From: a virus
Lineage: Duplodnaviria > Caudoviricetes
Reading direction: 5' to 3' (one strand)
Length of the DNA: 64,000 nt
Virus record (IMG/VR): IMGVR_UViG_2974637922_000001
Coordinates: 96,001 to 160,000 of that record
The notes under the pieces are model-generated. The model made no database searches. It saw nothing but the letters and a program-made list of their open reading frames with translations, and was not told the DNA's origin. A program made the translations under genes and the position numbers. This document shows, one piece after another, positions 29,147 to 37,977 of the stretch (positions are counted from its first letter, which is position 1; every line of letters starts with the position of its first letter).

Positions 29147-29551
29147 ATGAGCGTAGATTTTTCTAAGTACGGTGAGTTTGTAGACACAGTAACTAGTGCC
29201 CCCTCCAAGGGAACTGGTGAGATGATCGCAGTACTCAAGGACCTTAAGCTTCGTGGAGCACAACCCGAAAGACTTCTTACTGGTGCAGTTGGTATCTGTG
29301 CTGAGGGTGGTGAGTTCATGGAAGTGGTCAAGAAGATGGTATTCCAAGGCAAACCCTATGACCAAGATAATGTCTGGCATATGAAGCGTGAGTTGGGTGA
29401 TATTATGTTCTATGTACAAACAGCGTGTATCGCTCTAGGTACCTCTGTTGATGAGATTGTAGAGATGAATGTGGAGAAACTAGAAGCACGATATCCAGGT
29501 GGTCAATTTAGTGTAGAGAATAGTGAGAACCGAGTAGAGGGTGACTTATGA
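29147..29551 (+). CDS. mazG: MazG-like NTP pyrophosphatase
   Basis: EGGEFMEVVKK, RELGDIMFY, KLEARYP. Confidence 0.92.
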   Translation: MSVDFSKYGEFVDTVTSAPSKGTGEMIAVLKDLKLRGAQPERLLTGAVGICAEGGEFMEVVKKMVFQGKPYDQDNVWHMKRELGDIMFYVQTACIALGTSVDEIVEMNVEKLEARYPGGQFSVENSENRVEGDL

Positions 29552-29670
29552 TTGCATCTGATACACATAATGAACCCACTGAGTTAATCAGACAAATCAA
29601 TGATTCAGTGGAACGTGCTAGAATGAAGGAACAAGACGATCAACTAAACTACGACACAGGAGGTAAATGA
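29548..29670 (+). CDS. 40-aa hypothetical (not in ORF track)
   Basis: ATGA-coupled on both sides. Confidence 0.5.
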   Translation: MIASDTHNEPTELIRQINDSVERARMKEQDDQLNYDTGGK

Positions 29671-29975
29671 TGGACAAGCCAATTACAGTTGAGGAATATC
29701 AAGAGGCTGGTAAAGAGTTCTGGCCTAAGTATTGGTATGTTGCTAAAGAACTTGGTGAAAACGCTAAGACTGAAGATGTCCTACACGTTATGGAGTCTCT
29801 TGCTGGTGTTGTTATGGTCAACAGAAGCAATGAAAAGAAAGAATATTCTGGTATGATTGGGTTCAATAAGTCCCTAGAAGACAACCCATTGGCTTCTGCT
29901 ACATACCACGGACAACCAGTTACAGAGTGTCCCCCAGGGACTATCTACTGTAACGGTGAATGTTGTGACCTATGA
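29667..29975 (+). CDS. Hypothetical protein
   Basis: GGAGG SD; FWPKYWYVAKEL; Cys-rich tail. Confidence 0.65.
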   Translation: MMDKPITVEEYQEAGKEFWPKYWYVAKELGENAKTEDVLHVMESLAGVVMVNRSNEKKEYSGMIGFNKSLEDNPLASATYHGQPVTECPPGTIYCNGECCDL

Positions 29976-29983
29976 GGTAAATT

Positions 29984-30118
29984 ATGGCTAAAAGAACTTA
30001 TACTACAAAGTCTGGAGATGTGTTTGAGTGGGAAGAGACCCCTGAAACTACTGCAGCACTCAAAGCTCTCCACAGACAAGTGGCAGAGACAAAACAGAAG
30101 CTTGACAGCACCAAGTGA
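29984..30118 (+). CDS. 44-aa hypothetical (not in ORF track)
   Basis: GAGG SD; MAKRTYTTKSGDVFEWEETPE. Confidence 0.55.
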   Translation: MAKRTYTTKSGDVFEWEETPETTAALKALHRQVAETKQKLDSTK

Positions 30119-30130
30119 GTCTGTTATAAT
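30102..30130 (+). promoter_or_regulatory. Consensus sigma70 promoter for the RNA operon
   Basis: TTGACA-17nt-TATAAT with extended TG. Confidence 0.85.
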
Positions 30131-30157
30131 ATGAGAGTTGGGAAGGAAACCCCCCAA

Positions 30158-30207
30158 CTGCGGTGACCCCCTTGGTAGTTCAGGGTTAGCGGCGATAGGA
30201 ACTACCA
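30158..30207 (+). ncRNA. H-type pseudoknot RNA
   Basis: TGACCC/GGGTTA stem; loop TGGTAGTTC pairs with downstream GAACTACCA (9 bp). Confidence 0.55.
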
Positions 30208-30210
30208 CAA

Positions 30211-30284
30211 GGGTTAATAGCTCAGCTGGACAGAGCAACGCTCTTCTAAAGCGTCGGTCGTTGGTTCGAATCCAACTTAACCCG
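30211..30284 (+). tRNA. tRNA-Arg(TCT)
   Basis: GGGTTAA/TTAACCC acceptor stem; ACGCT-CTTCTAA-AGCGT anticodon arm; GGTTCGAATCC; no encoded CCA. Confidence 0.95.
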
Positions 30285-30306
30285 TTGGGGTCTAATTAAC
30301 CCCATA

Positions 30307-30491
30307 GGATGTGACAGAATGAACCGTTTGGTTAATACCGGTCATTGTATAGTAGGGAAGGCTGTGGTGGCCGCCAGAAAGACTAGGAGACTAGAGTTCT
30401 GAGAACCCATACCAGGGTCCCGAAAGTTCAGAGGTATTACTATTCTTAGTATGACCCCTCTGTTGGAGGTAAAAAGATAATCCTCCCATCC
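30307..30491 (+). ncRNA. ~185-nt multi-stem RNA between the tRNAs (manA-motif-like candidate)
   Basis: Closing GGATG/CATCC; internal stems AATGA..TCATT, CAGAA-CTAG-GAGA-CTAG-TTCTG, CAGAGG/CCTCTG, GGAG/CTCC. Confidence 0.6.
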
Positions 30492-30497
30492 ACCCAA

Positions 30498-30569
30498 TCC
30501 ACAATAGCTCAGCGGTAGAGTCGGCGACTGTTAATCGCCTTGTCCCTGGTTCGAATCCAGGTTGTGGAG
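30498..30569 (+). tRNA. tRNA-Asn(GTT)
   Basis: TCCACAA/TTGTGGA acceptor stem; GGCGA-CTGTTAA-TCGCC anticodon arm; GGTTCGAATCC. Confidence 0.95.
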
Positions 30570-30587
30570 TTCTTTATTATCTTTGAT

Positions 30588-31304
30588 ATGGATGTATCCA
30601 ATCCTGATAACTGGTATATTGGTAGATTTTGTGAATCTAACTTCCTAGATCAAACAGCACTCTCCTCAGTGAGGTCATGGATTGATACTCAATCATGGGT
30701 AGATGGAGTTTTAACTTTGGACTACTCTAAAGATAAGGATCCATATCAACTGAAAAGAAATCAGGCAACGAGAAATATAATCCCACCCAGACTATTTTGG
30801 CCACATGTTGATAAGAACGAAAAGTTCGCTCGGTTCACCTGTCCCCGATCAAGCACCGATCCAAACTGCACAAAAACATCTAAGGGTGAATACTACAAAC
30901 CACACTTTGATGATGTAGTTAATGGGCACTTCTCAACTACGATCTTTATCAGTGATCCTGATGAATATGATGGTGGTGAGTTAGTTCTGTATATTGACGG
31001 GAAGGAAGTATTCTTCAAACCAAAAGCAGGTGAAGGTGTAACTTATGAGACTGGTATTGGTCATAGAGTCAATACAGTCACAAGGGGTGAGAGATTGGCA
31101 TTTGTATTCTGGACAGATTGTCGATGGGATGATATTGATGATTATCGTGATTGGCGTTATTATAACTATATGAAAGACTACCTAATGACAACTCCTTATG
31201 TTGATACCTTATATGAGTTTTGTAACGAACCCCATACTATATTCAAAGGGAAATCATATGATATTATGAGAAAGGTTATGAGGAAAGTTATTCCTAATGG
31301 TTGA
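30588..31304 (+). CDS. 2OG-Fe(II) oxygenase (PKHD-type)
   Basis: YKPHFD, PDEYDGGEL, HRVNTVTRGER; start moved past tRNA-Asn. Confidence 0.87.
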   Translation: MDVSNPDNWYIGRFCESNFLDQTALSSVRSWIDTQSWVDGVLTLDYSKDKDPYQLKRNQATRNIIPPRLFWPHVDKNEKFARFTCPRSSTDPNCTKTSKGEYYKPHFDDVVNGHFSTTIFISDPDEYDGGELVLYIDGKEVFFKPKAGEGVTYETGIGHRVNTVTRGERLAFVFWTDCRWDDIDDYRDWRYYNYMKDYLMTTPYVDTLYEFCNEPHTIFKGKSYDIMRKVMRKVIPNG

Positions 31305-31830
31305 ATCATTTTACGGAGAAATACTCAACTCGGATGCTACTGGGCATCTGTATTCGTATGCCCAAAGTATTCAAGACTGGCAAACCATAAACCAAGACTA
31401 CATGGGTAAGAAATACCAGTCTGTTATGGCTCATAAAGTCCCTAGGGGAAATGAGATTGAGAAGTATGTTGTCAGAACTTTTCTCACATTCAATAAGTTA
31501 TATTTCAACTACGATTTAGTAGGAACATTTGAAACACAGATTCTGAAATACAATGTGCATGATGGGTATGATTGGCACTGTGACTATGGTGTGAGTGAGA
31601 ATCCCAATGCAGTTAGGAAACTGAGTATGATTATTCAACTCAGTGATATGTGGGACTACAACGGTGCAAATGTATTCCTAAGGGACTGGCACAACCGAGA
31701 ACACATCCTAAGTAAGGAGTCTGGGTATGTTACCGTATTCGACTCTAGGTCCCCTCACAGGGTCTCTCCCCTAGCTATCGGAGAACGATACTCACTGGTA
31801 GCCTGGGCTCACGGTCCAGAGTGGAGATAA
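31297..31830 (+). CDS. 2OG-Fe(II) oxygenase
   Basis: YDWHCD, RKLSMIIQLS, HRVSP, RYSLVAW. Confidence 0.88.
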   Translation: MVESFYGEILNSDATGHLYSYAQSIQDWQTINQDYMGKKYQSVMAHKVPRGNEIEKYVVRTFLTFNKLYFNYDLVGTFETQILKYNVHDGYDWHCDYGVSENPNAVRKLSMIIQLSDMWDYNGANVFLRDWHNREHILSKESGYVTVFDSRSPHRVSPLAIGERYSLVAWAHGPEWR

Positions 31831-31855
31831 ATAAAATACAAAGAAATGGAAACAT

Positions 31856-32170
31856 ATGCTTTCTACACAATATCGTCTTCGCCTTGAGGCTATCTGCCGA
31901 AAGATTGCGAATAGTGAATCTGTGGATTTGAGTGACATGATCTGGGCAGACAAATTGGCAAAGAGCCATACTACTGCTAGAGACTGGTTACAGCAGGCAA
32001 GAAGACAATCAGCCCATCAAATTGAAGAAGGTACCATAGATGATTTTATGAATAGGATGGGTTTAGGTGATCCCGATCCGTCCAATCATAAGAAGGGATT
32101 TGATAGTGCCGATGATATTAAGGACTGGTTTCAACAGGATAAGCCCAAAGACTGGAGACAAAGAGACTAA
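31856..32170 (+). CDS. Conserved cyanophage hypothetical protein
   Basis: MLSTQYRLRLE..GLGDPDP..DWRQRD; GATAAATA at 31826. Confidence 0.7.
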   Translation: MLSTQYRLRLEAICRKIANSESVDLSDMIWADKLAKSHTTARDWLQQARRQSAHQIEEGTIDDFMNRMGLGDPDPSNHKKGFDSADDIKDWFQQDKPKDWRQRD

Positions 32171-32172
32171 CT

Positions 32173-32352
32173 ATGGCTAATAAAAACGACAAAGGCAATC
32201 ACCCAAGAGAAGAGGGTTGGTTCACCGAAAAGTTGAAGAGAAGACTCAGGAATGATCTCATACATCCTGAACATCTAGTTCCCATTCTTATTGAAGAGAA
32301 TGAGGCACTTAGAGCAGAGATTGCAACACTAAAAGCAATGCATAAATGGTAA
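32173..32352 (+). CDS. 59-aa hypothetical (not in ORF track)
   Basis: Fills the gap; C-terminal coiled coil EENEALRAEIATLK. Confidence 0.55.
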   Translation: MANKNDKGNHPREEGWFTEKLKRRLRNDLIHPEHLVPILIEENEALRAEIATLKAMHKW

Positions 32353-32353
32353 A

Positions 32354-33655
32354 ATGGCAGCATTAAGTTCCACTTCCCCAGGACAACTAGGTAAGTATGT
32401 CATCCCCACAGTCCAGAAACTAAATGATGCGATGAAACGCAGAACTAGTCTTGGTAGGGGGAGTGGTAAGTCTTATACCATTAAGAATACCCCTGCGAAT
32501 GTGGCAGCTATCAAGGAGTTCTCTCGTATTGGTAGCTCCCCCAAGTCACAGAAAGAAGCACTTGCTATTAGTCTGCAGACCACTGATACTAAAGTTCCTA
32601 CTATTACTATCGGCAGTATTGATAAACCTAATATCAAATACAACCTTGGAGATATGTCCGAGGCTGTAGTTGGCGCTGCTATTGCTGCCAGGTTTATCTA
32701 CAAGAATAGAAGTATTACGACTTCAAATGTTTATGGTGTTCTATATGGAATGCCACCATCATCTAACTACCCAGGGAAGAAGGGAAAATATACAGAGAAG
32801 ACATTCCAGTCAGTTAATGAAAATAAGAAGGTTACAGATCAAGTTAAGGTGTATATCTCCTTAGCTGAGGTTAATATGGCTGCTGTGATGGATAGATCCA
32901 ATAAGGATCTTATTCTTCCTTATGTTCGTTCTGCAGTCAGATATGCCAATAGTACTACTGTTAAGAAGTGGTCCAAACTACTTTATGAGAACAATAGATC
33001 AGACAAGATTGATGTAATGTCTGATGGTCTGGGAGGACAAACCACAACTAAAGTGGATGTATATGTAAAAGTTAATGATGAGAAAGTAAATATTAATGTG
33101 TCACTGAAGGCTGGTGATGTCAAACAGTTTGGTCAGGTCTCTGGTATTGAGTTTGAGAAACAAACTAAACTATGGGAAACCTCCTTTGGTTTTGGTAGTG
33201 AGATTAAGAGTCTAGAGTCAAAGTATAACCAGTTGATCTCAGATAAATCAACAGTCCCACAGGCTGTAACTATGGTGTATCAAGAGGTGGCTAACCTTTT
33301 TAATCAAGGTATTAAGAGAGGTGATGCTGGTATGATAAGGAAATTTGCCAACTCCATTAAGTATTTCGCTACACTAAATGAAGACAATGTAACCCTACTA
33401 CAGGTGGGTAATGACGCAGCAAAGCTCTATTCGTTTGATGATATATACCAAGGAATAGAAAACATGCAACTGAACGCTTCTATTACTATGGGTAAGAGTG
33501 GTCTTCCAACCTTACTAATAAACGAGACTGCTAGTGGGCAACCCCTCATTCAGTATCGTGTGAAGCAGGAGTTCAAACCCGATGGGTCTCCATACATCAG
33601 AAACTATGTGGAGAAGCAAACTGTTCTAGGGAAACTTATTGGTGAAAACCTCTAG
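32354..33655 (+). CDS. Putative PD-(D/E)xK restriction-endonuclease-like protein
   Basis: NLGDMSEA helix ... KVDVYV ... NVSLK; adjacent to an MTase. Confidence 0.55.
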   Translation: MAALSSTSPGQLGKYVIPTVQKLNDAMKRRTSLGRGSGKSYTIKNTPANVAAIKEFSRIGSSPKSQKEALAISLQTTDTKVPTITIGSIDKPNIKYNLGDMSEAVVGAAIAARFIYKNRSITTSNVYGVLYGMPPSSNYPGKKGKYTEKTFQSVNENKKVTDQVKVYISLAEVNMAAVMDRSNKDLILPYVRSAVRYANSTTVKKWSKLLYENNRSDKIDVMSDGLGGQTTTKVDVYVKVNDEKVNINVSLKAGDVKQFGQVSGIEFEKQTKLWETSFGFGSEIKSLESKYNQLISDKSTVPQAVTMVYQEVANLFNQGIKRGDAGMIRKFANSIKYFATLNEDNVTLLQVGNDAAKLYSFDDIYQGIENMQLNASITMGKSGLPTLLINETASGQPLIQYRVKQEFKPDGSPYIRNYVEKQTVLGKLIGENL

Positions 33656-33658
33656 GTG

Positions 33659-33667
33659 TGTTATAAT
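33659..33667 (+). promoter_or_regulatory. Extended -10 promoter for MTase 1
   Basis: TGTTATAAT 23 nt before the ATG. Confidence 0.65.
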
Positions 33668-33690
33668 ACCATTGTAGAGATTTCTATTTT

Positions 33691-34590
33691 ATGAAGGAAC
33701 GCAGAAAGTATCCAACCGTATTGAGGTATCCAGGCGGTAAGTCTAGGATTATCTACTATTTGTTTAGGGAAAATATGATCCCTAAGAATGTCAAGGAATA
33801 CCGTGAGGGTTTCCTAGGTGGGGGTTCTTGTGCTCTTGCGTTTTCTGTGATGTACCCAAACACCCCAGTTTGGGTCAATGATCTTTACTATAATCTGTTT
33901 ATCTTCTGGACACAACTCCAGAAGAATCCAGATCCACTTATCAATAGACTCCTAGAATTAAAGGACGAAGCCTGTGATGCATCAGGTACAGAAGAACTAG
34001 AGAAAAAGCATAGAAAACTCTACACAGATATGCGTGATCTCATTAACACCTCTAGTGATCACCTTGATATTGCAACCTCCTTCTACATTCTAAACCGATC
34101 TAGTTTCGGTGGATTCACTGAACAAAACAAGAATGCCTTCATCCGAGACTCATACAAGAATACTATTTTCTCTCAGAGTAAAATCCGTAAGTTGGCTAAT
34201 ATCTCTGAGATTATCCAACCCTGGAGAATTACCAATACACACTACAAGGAACTAATGAGAGCTCCTGGTGATGATGTATTTGTGTTCCTAGACCCTCCAT
34301 ATCTAATCAAGGATATGTTGTATGGTAAGGACAAGGAGATGCACACTGGGTTCTCTCATGAAGAGTTTGTGAGTGAGTGTAAAGGTTCTACACATGACTG
34401 GATGATTACCTACAATGAACACGAATGGTTGAGATCCCAGTTCGCTGACTATCATATGGAGTCTTTCGAGTTCCGTTATAGTCTCGCCCACAGGGAAGAG
34501 AATGGCAACAAGAAAGAAGAACTCCTCATAATGAACTATGAGATTCCTCGTGATATCCCAAACCCACTAGAGGTAGTTTTGTATGGATGA
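33691..34590 (+). CDS. dam: Dam-like N6-adenine DNA methyltransferase
   Basis: LRYPGGKS, EGFLGGGS, FLDPPY. Confidence 0.92.
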   Translation: MKERRKYPTVLRYPGGKSRIIYYLFRENMIPKNVKEYREGFLGGGSCALAFSVMYPNTPVWVNDLYYNLFIFWTQLQKNPDPLINRLLELKDEACDASGTEELEKKHRKLYTDMRDLINTSSDHLDIATSFYILNRSSFGGFTEQNKNAFIRDSYKNTIFSQSKIRKLANISEIIQPWRITNTHYKELMRAPGDDVFVFLDPPYLIKDMLYGKDKEMHTGFSHEEFVSECKGSTHDWMITYNEHEWLRSQFADYHMESFEFRYSLAHREENGNKKEELLIMNYEIPRDIPNPLEVVLYG

Positions 34591-35038
34591 TCTAGAGCTA
34601 GAGTATCATCTTTATCTGGATGGAAACCCTATTCAGACACTGAAGGATGACGCTAGTACAATGACTTTAGCCAAGAAGAGAGTTATCGGTCCTTACATTC
34701 GTAGAGCTGAATCTTTTATTAAAATATCAGAACCATTTAGGGAACTACTTCGTCTTGATGATGGTAAGGATAAACTTCTAGATGCAATAGGTGTTGTCTG
34801 GGCACACTACTTTGAACATAAGATTAACAAGAAGTATATGGTTATCCCTAAGGATGCATCTCTTGATTTTATGGAATACTTTGGTACTATGGCACAGAAG
34901 GATAAGTTTCCAGATGATAAATATATTAAGAAAGCTCAGCGTATTATTCTCTCCCACGAAAAGAGTATTGACGCTTTCATTAAGGCTTTTCATAGTATCC
35001 GTTTAGCCAACGACAAATATCTCTCCCTGAAGAAATGA
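34583..35038 (+). CDS. Hypothetical protein
   Basis: Overlaps both MTase 1 and the 980-aa gene. Confidence 0.65.
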   Translation: MDDLELEYHLYLDGNPIQTLKDDASTMTLAKKRVIGPYIRRAESFIKISEPFRELLRLDDGKDKLLDAIGVVWAHYFEHKINKKYMVIPKDASLDFMEYFGTMAQKDKFPDDKYIKKAQRIILSHEKSIDAFIKAFHSIRLANDKYLSLKK

Positions 35039-37977
35039 TCACACCGAAGTCCCTACTATCATTCCTATCTGAAGCCGCTGATTCTGAGGCTGCACAACAG
35101 GCTAAGGAGATGGGTTTAACCTCTGCCGGTTATGGTAACTGGAGAGATAGGACGGGCAATGTTGTTGCCAAAACTGTAGATGGTCAGTTGGTAATGATTG
35201 ATGCCAAGGCAGATCCTATGGCTAGACCAGAGGCGCCTGAGAAGGAAATGCCACCTGAAGAGGAGGAGGAGCCTCAGTTTGTAGAACCAGATCCAGATAT
35301 GGTTGAGAAAGTAGCTAAGGGTCTTTCTGGTGGTAGATATGATATTGCATCAGCACAAAGGAAGAAAGAGTTACTGGCTTCTGCTAGACAGGTATTAATC
35401 AATAAACAGATCCAAGACGCTCAGATGCAGGCTGACGCTGAGGCTCAGGCAGCGGCACAAAACCCACCAGAACCCACTCCAGAGGAGTTGGCACAACAAC
35501 AGGCGGATATGGAACTACAGCAACAGAATGCTGTAATGGATACCGAACTGAAGGCACAGAGTGTTGAGAACGGGAAACTGGACCTTCAGATGAAGAAGGA
35601 CCAGATGAAGCAACAGAAGGAGGCAGAGAAAGAAGCCAAGGCTATGGATAAGTTAGCCAAGAAAGCAGAGGCACAGAAACAAGCAGAAGCCGACGCACAA
35701 GCTCAAGCTGAAGCGGAATCTAGTAATGTTGAGGCAGAACCAGAACCAAAAGCTCCAGCTGAGTTGGATCAATTATTATCGGATATTCGTAGTGGTGACG
35801 AGACCAAACTAGCAAAGTCTCTTCAGAAACTACAGAAGAAAGAAGGTCCTAAAAAGCCAAAACCAAAGGCACCAAAACTAGATATCGAACAGGTAAAGGC
35901 TCAAGCAGTAGAAGACGCTAAGCCTGGTGATCAACAGACTGCATACTTTGGTCCTCCTCCTGGAAATACAGGTGAGGAGATGAATAATGTAGTTAATCTT
36001 ATTGAACAAGTATCTACAACTAATAAGGGCACAGTTCCAAAGTATGCTCAGAAGATGCTCGATAAGTTCAATGACCCTGTTGCTAAGAAGCAGTTTGGTG
36101 AGTATTTGGAGTTTAGTGCTCAGGAAGAAGCTAGAATCGAAGAGAACTGGAAGAAACTATCCAAAGTTAAAAATATTGATGATGCGAAGAGATTACTTAC
36201 CGAAGGTATGGGTTTAATTGAAGGTCCAAAGGGACTGGAGTTTAGACCAGTATCACCTGGTATGCGTGAGTTCATGTCTATGGCGAAGAGTAATACTCAG
36301 AAAGGTTATCGTGGACTTCAGTATAGGGAAGTCGCCCACTTAGCAAACCCAGAAGTTCAGGAAAGAATTCTCAATACTGATAGACAGCAAGTTAACGCTG
36401 ATACTATTATTAACCCTGATGTAACTTGGGAGATGGCTACCGAACTTTATGACTCTATGTCTGGAAAGGTGAAGGGTGTATTTAACAAACTAGGAGGTGC
36501 TGACGCTATGCGTGAGGCTTTCGATCCCAAAGTTCCTGTAGTATATCTAAAAGATAGTTCTGGTAAGGCTACTGGACTTACTAATATTGATGTTATGGCA
36601 AATACTGATCCTGAGACATATAAAGAACAGTTTGCTAAAACAGGTGGCAGAAACCGAGGTATCTTTATCATGCAGAAGTTGATGGCTACTGGTGGTATGG
36701 ATCAACTCACAGGTCTTCCTAACTTCCTAACTCCTGAGAGTGGAACTATCGATCACCTAGAGGGTAGGTCACAGAAGATGGCGGACAAGTCCATCCGTAA
36801 GGACTCTCCTATCAATATGGCTATTGTTTCTAACTCAGTTAACTGGGCAAAGGCAGACGCTGCTGATCCTGAAACTGGAGCAAAGGATACTATTCCTGGT
36901 TTGGTTGCTCTAGGTCAATCTTACAGTGGAGGTATTAACCCAGCTGCCAAGAAAATCATAGAACAGGGTGGTGAAGAATCCATGAAACAAGCTTGGATGA
37001 CTCAGAGAATTTCGGGTATTGATATCAGAACACAGGCAGACGCCGAGAAGAAAGATACAGAACCTGATAGTCTTGATACTTTTATGGACGTACCTATGGG
37101 TAAATCCGGTGGTGTTGTTAATAGACTATCGGACGCTACTTCTTTTGGATATGATCTTCGTAATATGACTATGTATTACCCACGTGCGGATCATAAAAAT
37201 AAGTATGACCAAAACTCTTGGTCTGGTAACCCCAGAAAAGGTTCAAACCGAGGTTACTATGCAGTTCTAGACGGTTGGAGAAAGTCTGTTCTATCTGGTG
37301 CCATGTATGGTCCTGAGATTAGTAATTTGGTAGATAGTCATAGGGAAGAACTTACCAACGAAGTCCTCAAAAAGAGGGGAGATGAACCAAGACTAAGATC
37401 TGAAACTGAAGTTGATGAAGAACTCAGAAAGTTTAAGAAGAACTATGTTAAGTATCAGTACTCTATGCCTATGAGAGCCATTGCTTCTGCTTGGACAACT
37501 GGTATGATATCAAGACAGGATTATATCAAAGAGCTAAAGAGACTTAGTGATAAGGCTCTTGGTCAATTAGGTCCTGGTGGTGAGGTACATAGAGCTAGAT
37601 TGGTAAAGGAAAGGGACGAGTCTCTTAATCAATATCTATCTGAAATTGAAACTCATCAAGGTGTTGACGAACTATCTGAGGTTGACGAGGAGTGGTTGAT
37701 GGAGAATATTGGAAGCAATCCTGTTATGAATATGGCTTTATCTGAGTTTGGTAGAGGAGTTTTACGTAAGAAGTATCCAGCTGTTCTAGACGCGTTTGAC
37801 GCGGGTATTGCTGACGGCAGTGTTTCTTCAGGTAACTCTTTGACTGTTGGAAATAAAAAGAACGCTAAGAAACTTGTAGATCCGTCACAAGGGAAGTTCT
37901 TTGAGCACTTTGACTTGACAAACCAAGAAAACAGTGGTATGATGGATACGTTAAAGAGGTTGAGGAAAACCCGTTAA
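35035..37977 (+). CDS. 980-aa putative internal head protein with HNH-like domain
   Basis: SFLSE|A leader; shared GL..G.G.W.D..GN.VA.TV.G domain; coiled coil; GGMDQLTG..TIDH..N..N..K. Confidence 0.6.
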   Translation: MITPKSLLSFLSEAADSEAAQQAKEMGLTSAGYGNWRDRTGNVVAKTVDGQLVMIDAKADPMARPEAPEKEMPPEEEEEPQFVEPDPDMVEKVAKGLSGGRYDIASAQRKKELLASARQVLINKQIQDAQMQADAEAQAAAQNPPEPTPEELAQQQADMELQQQNAVMDTELKAQSVENGKLDLQMKKDQMKQQKEAEKEAKAMDKLAKKAEAQKQAEADAQAQAEAESSNVEAEPEPKAPAELDQLLSDIRSGDETKLAKSLQKLQKKEGPKKPKPKAPKLDIEQVKAQAVEDAKPGDQQTAYFGPPPGNTGEEMNNVVNLIEQVSTTNKGTVPKYAQKMLDKFNDPVAKKQFGEYLEFSAQEEARIEENWKKLSKVKNIDDAKRLLTEGMGLIEGPKGLEFRPVSPGMREFMSMAKSNTQKGYRGLQYREVAHLANPEVQERILNTDRQQVNADTIINPDVTWEMATELYDSMSGKVKGVFNKLGGADAMREAFDPKVPVVYLKDSSGKATGLTNIDVMANTDPETYKEQFAKTGGRNRGIFIMQKLMATGGMDQLTGLPNFLTPESGTIDHLEGRSQKMADKSIRKDSPINMAIVSNSVNWAKADAADPETGAKDTIPGLVALGQSYSGGINPAAKKIIEQGGEESMKQAWMTQRISGIDIRTQADAEKKDTEPDSLDTFMDVPMGKSGGVVNRLSDATSFGYDLRNMTMYYPRADHKNKYDQNSWSGNPRKGSNRGYYAVLDGWRKSVLSGAMYGPEISNLVDSHREELTNEVLKKRGDEPRLRSETEVDEELRKFKKNYVKYQYSMPMRAIASAWTTGMISRQDYIKELKRLSDKALGQLGPGGEVHRARLVKERDESLNQYLSEIETHQGVDELSEVDEEWLMENIGSNPVMNMALSEFGRGVLRKKYPAVLDAFDAGIADGSVSSGNSLTVGNKKNAKKLVDPSQGKFFEHFDLTNQENSGMMDTLKRLRKTR
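37915..37943 (+). promoter_or_regulatory. Sigma70 promoter for MTase 2 and the sigma factor
   Basis: TTGACA-17nt-TATGAT with extended TG. Confidence 0.75.
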
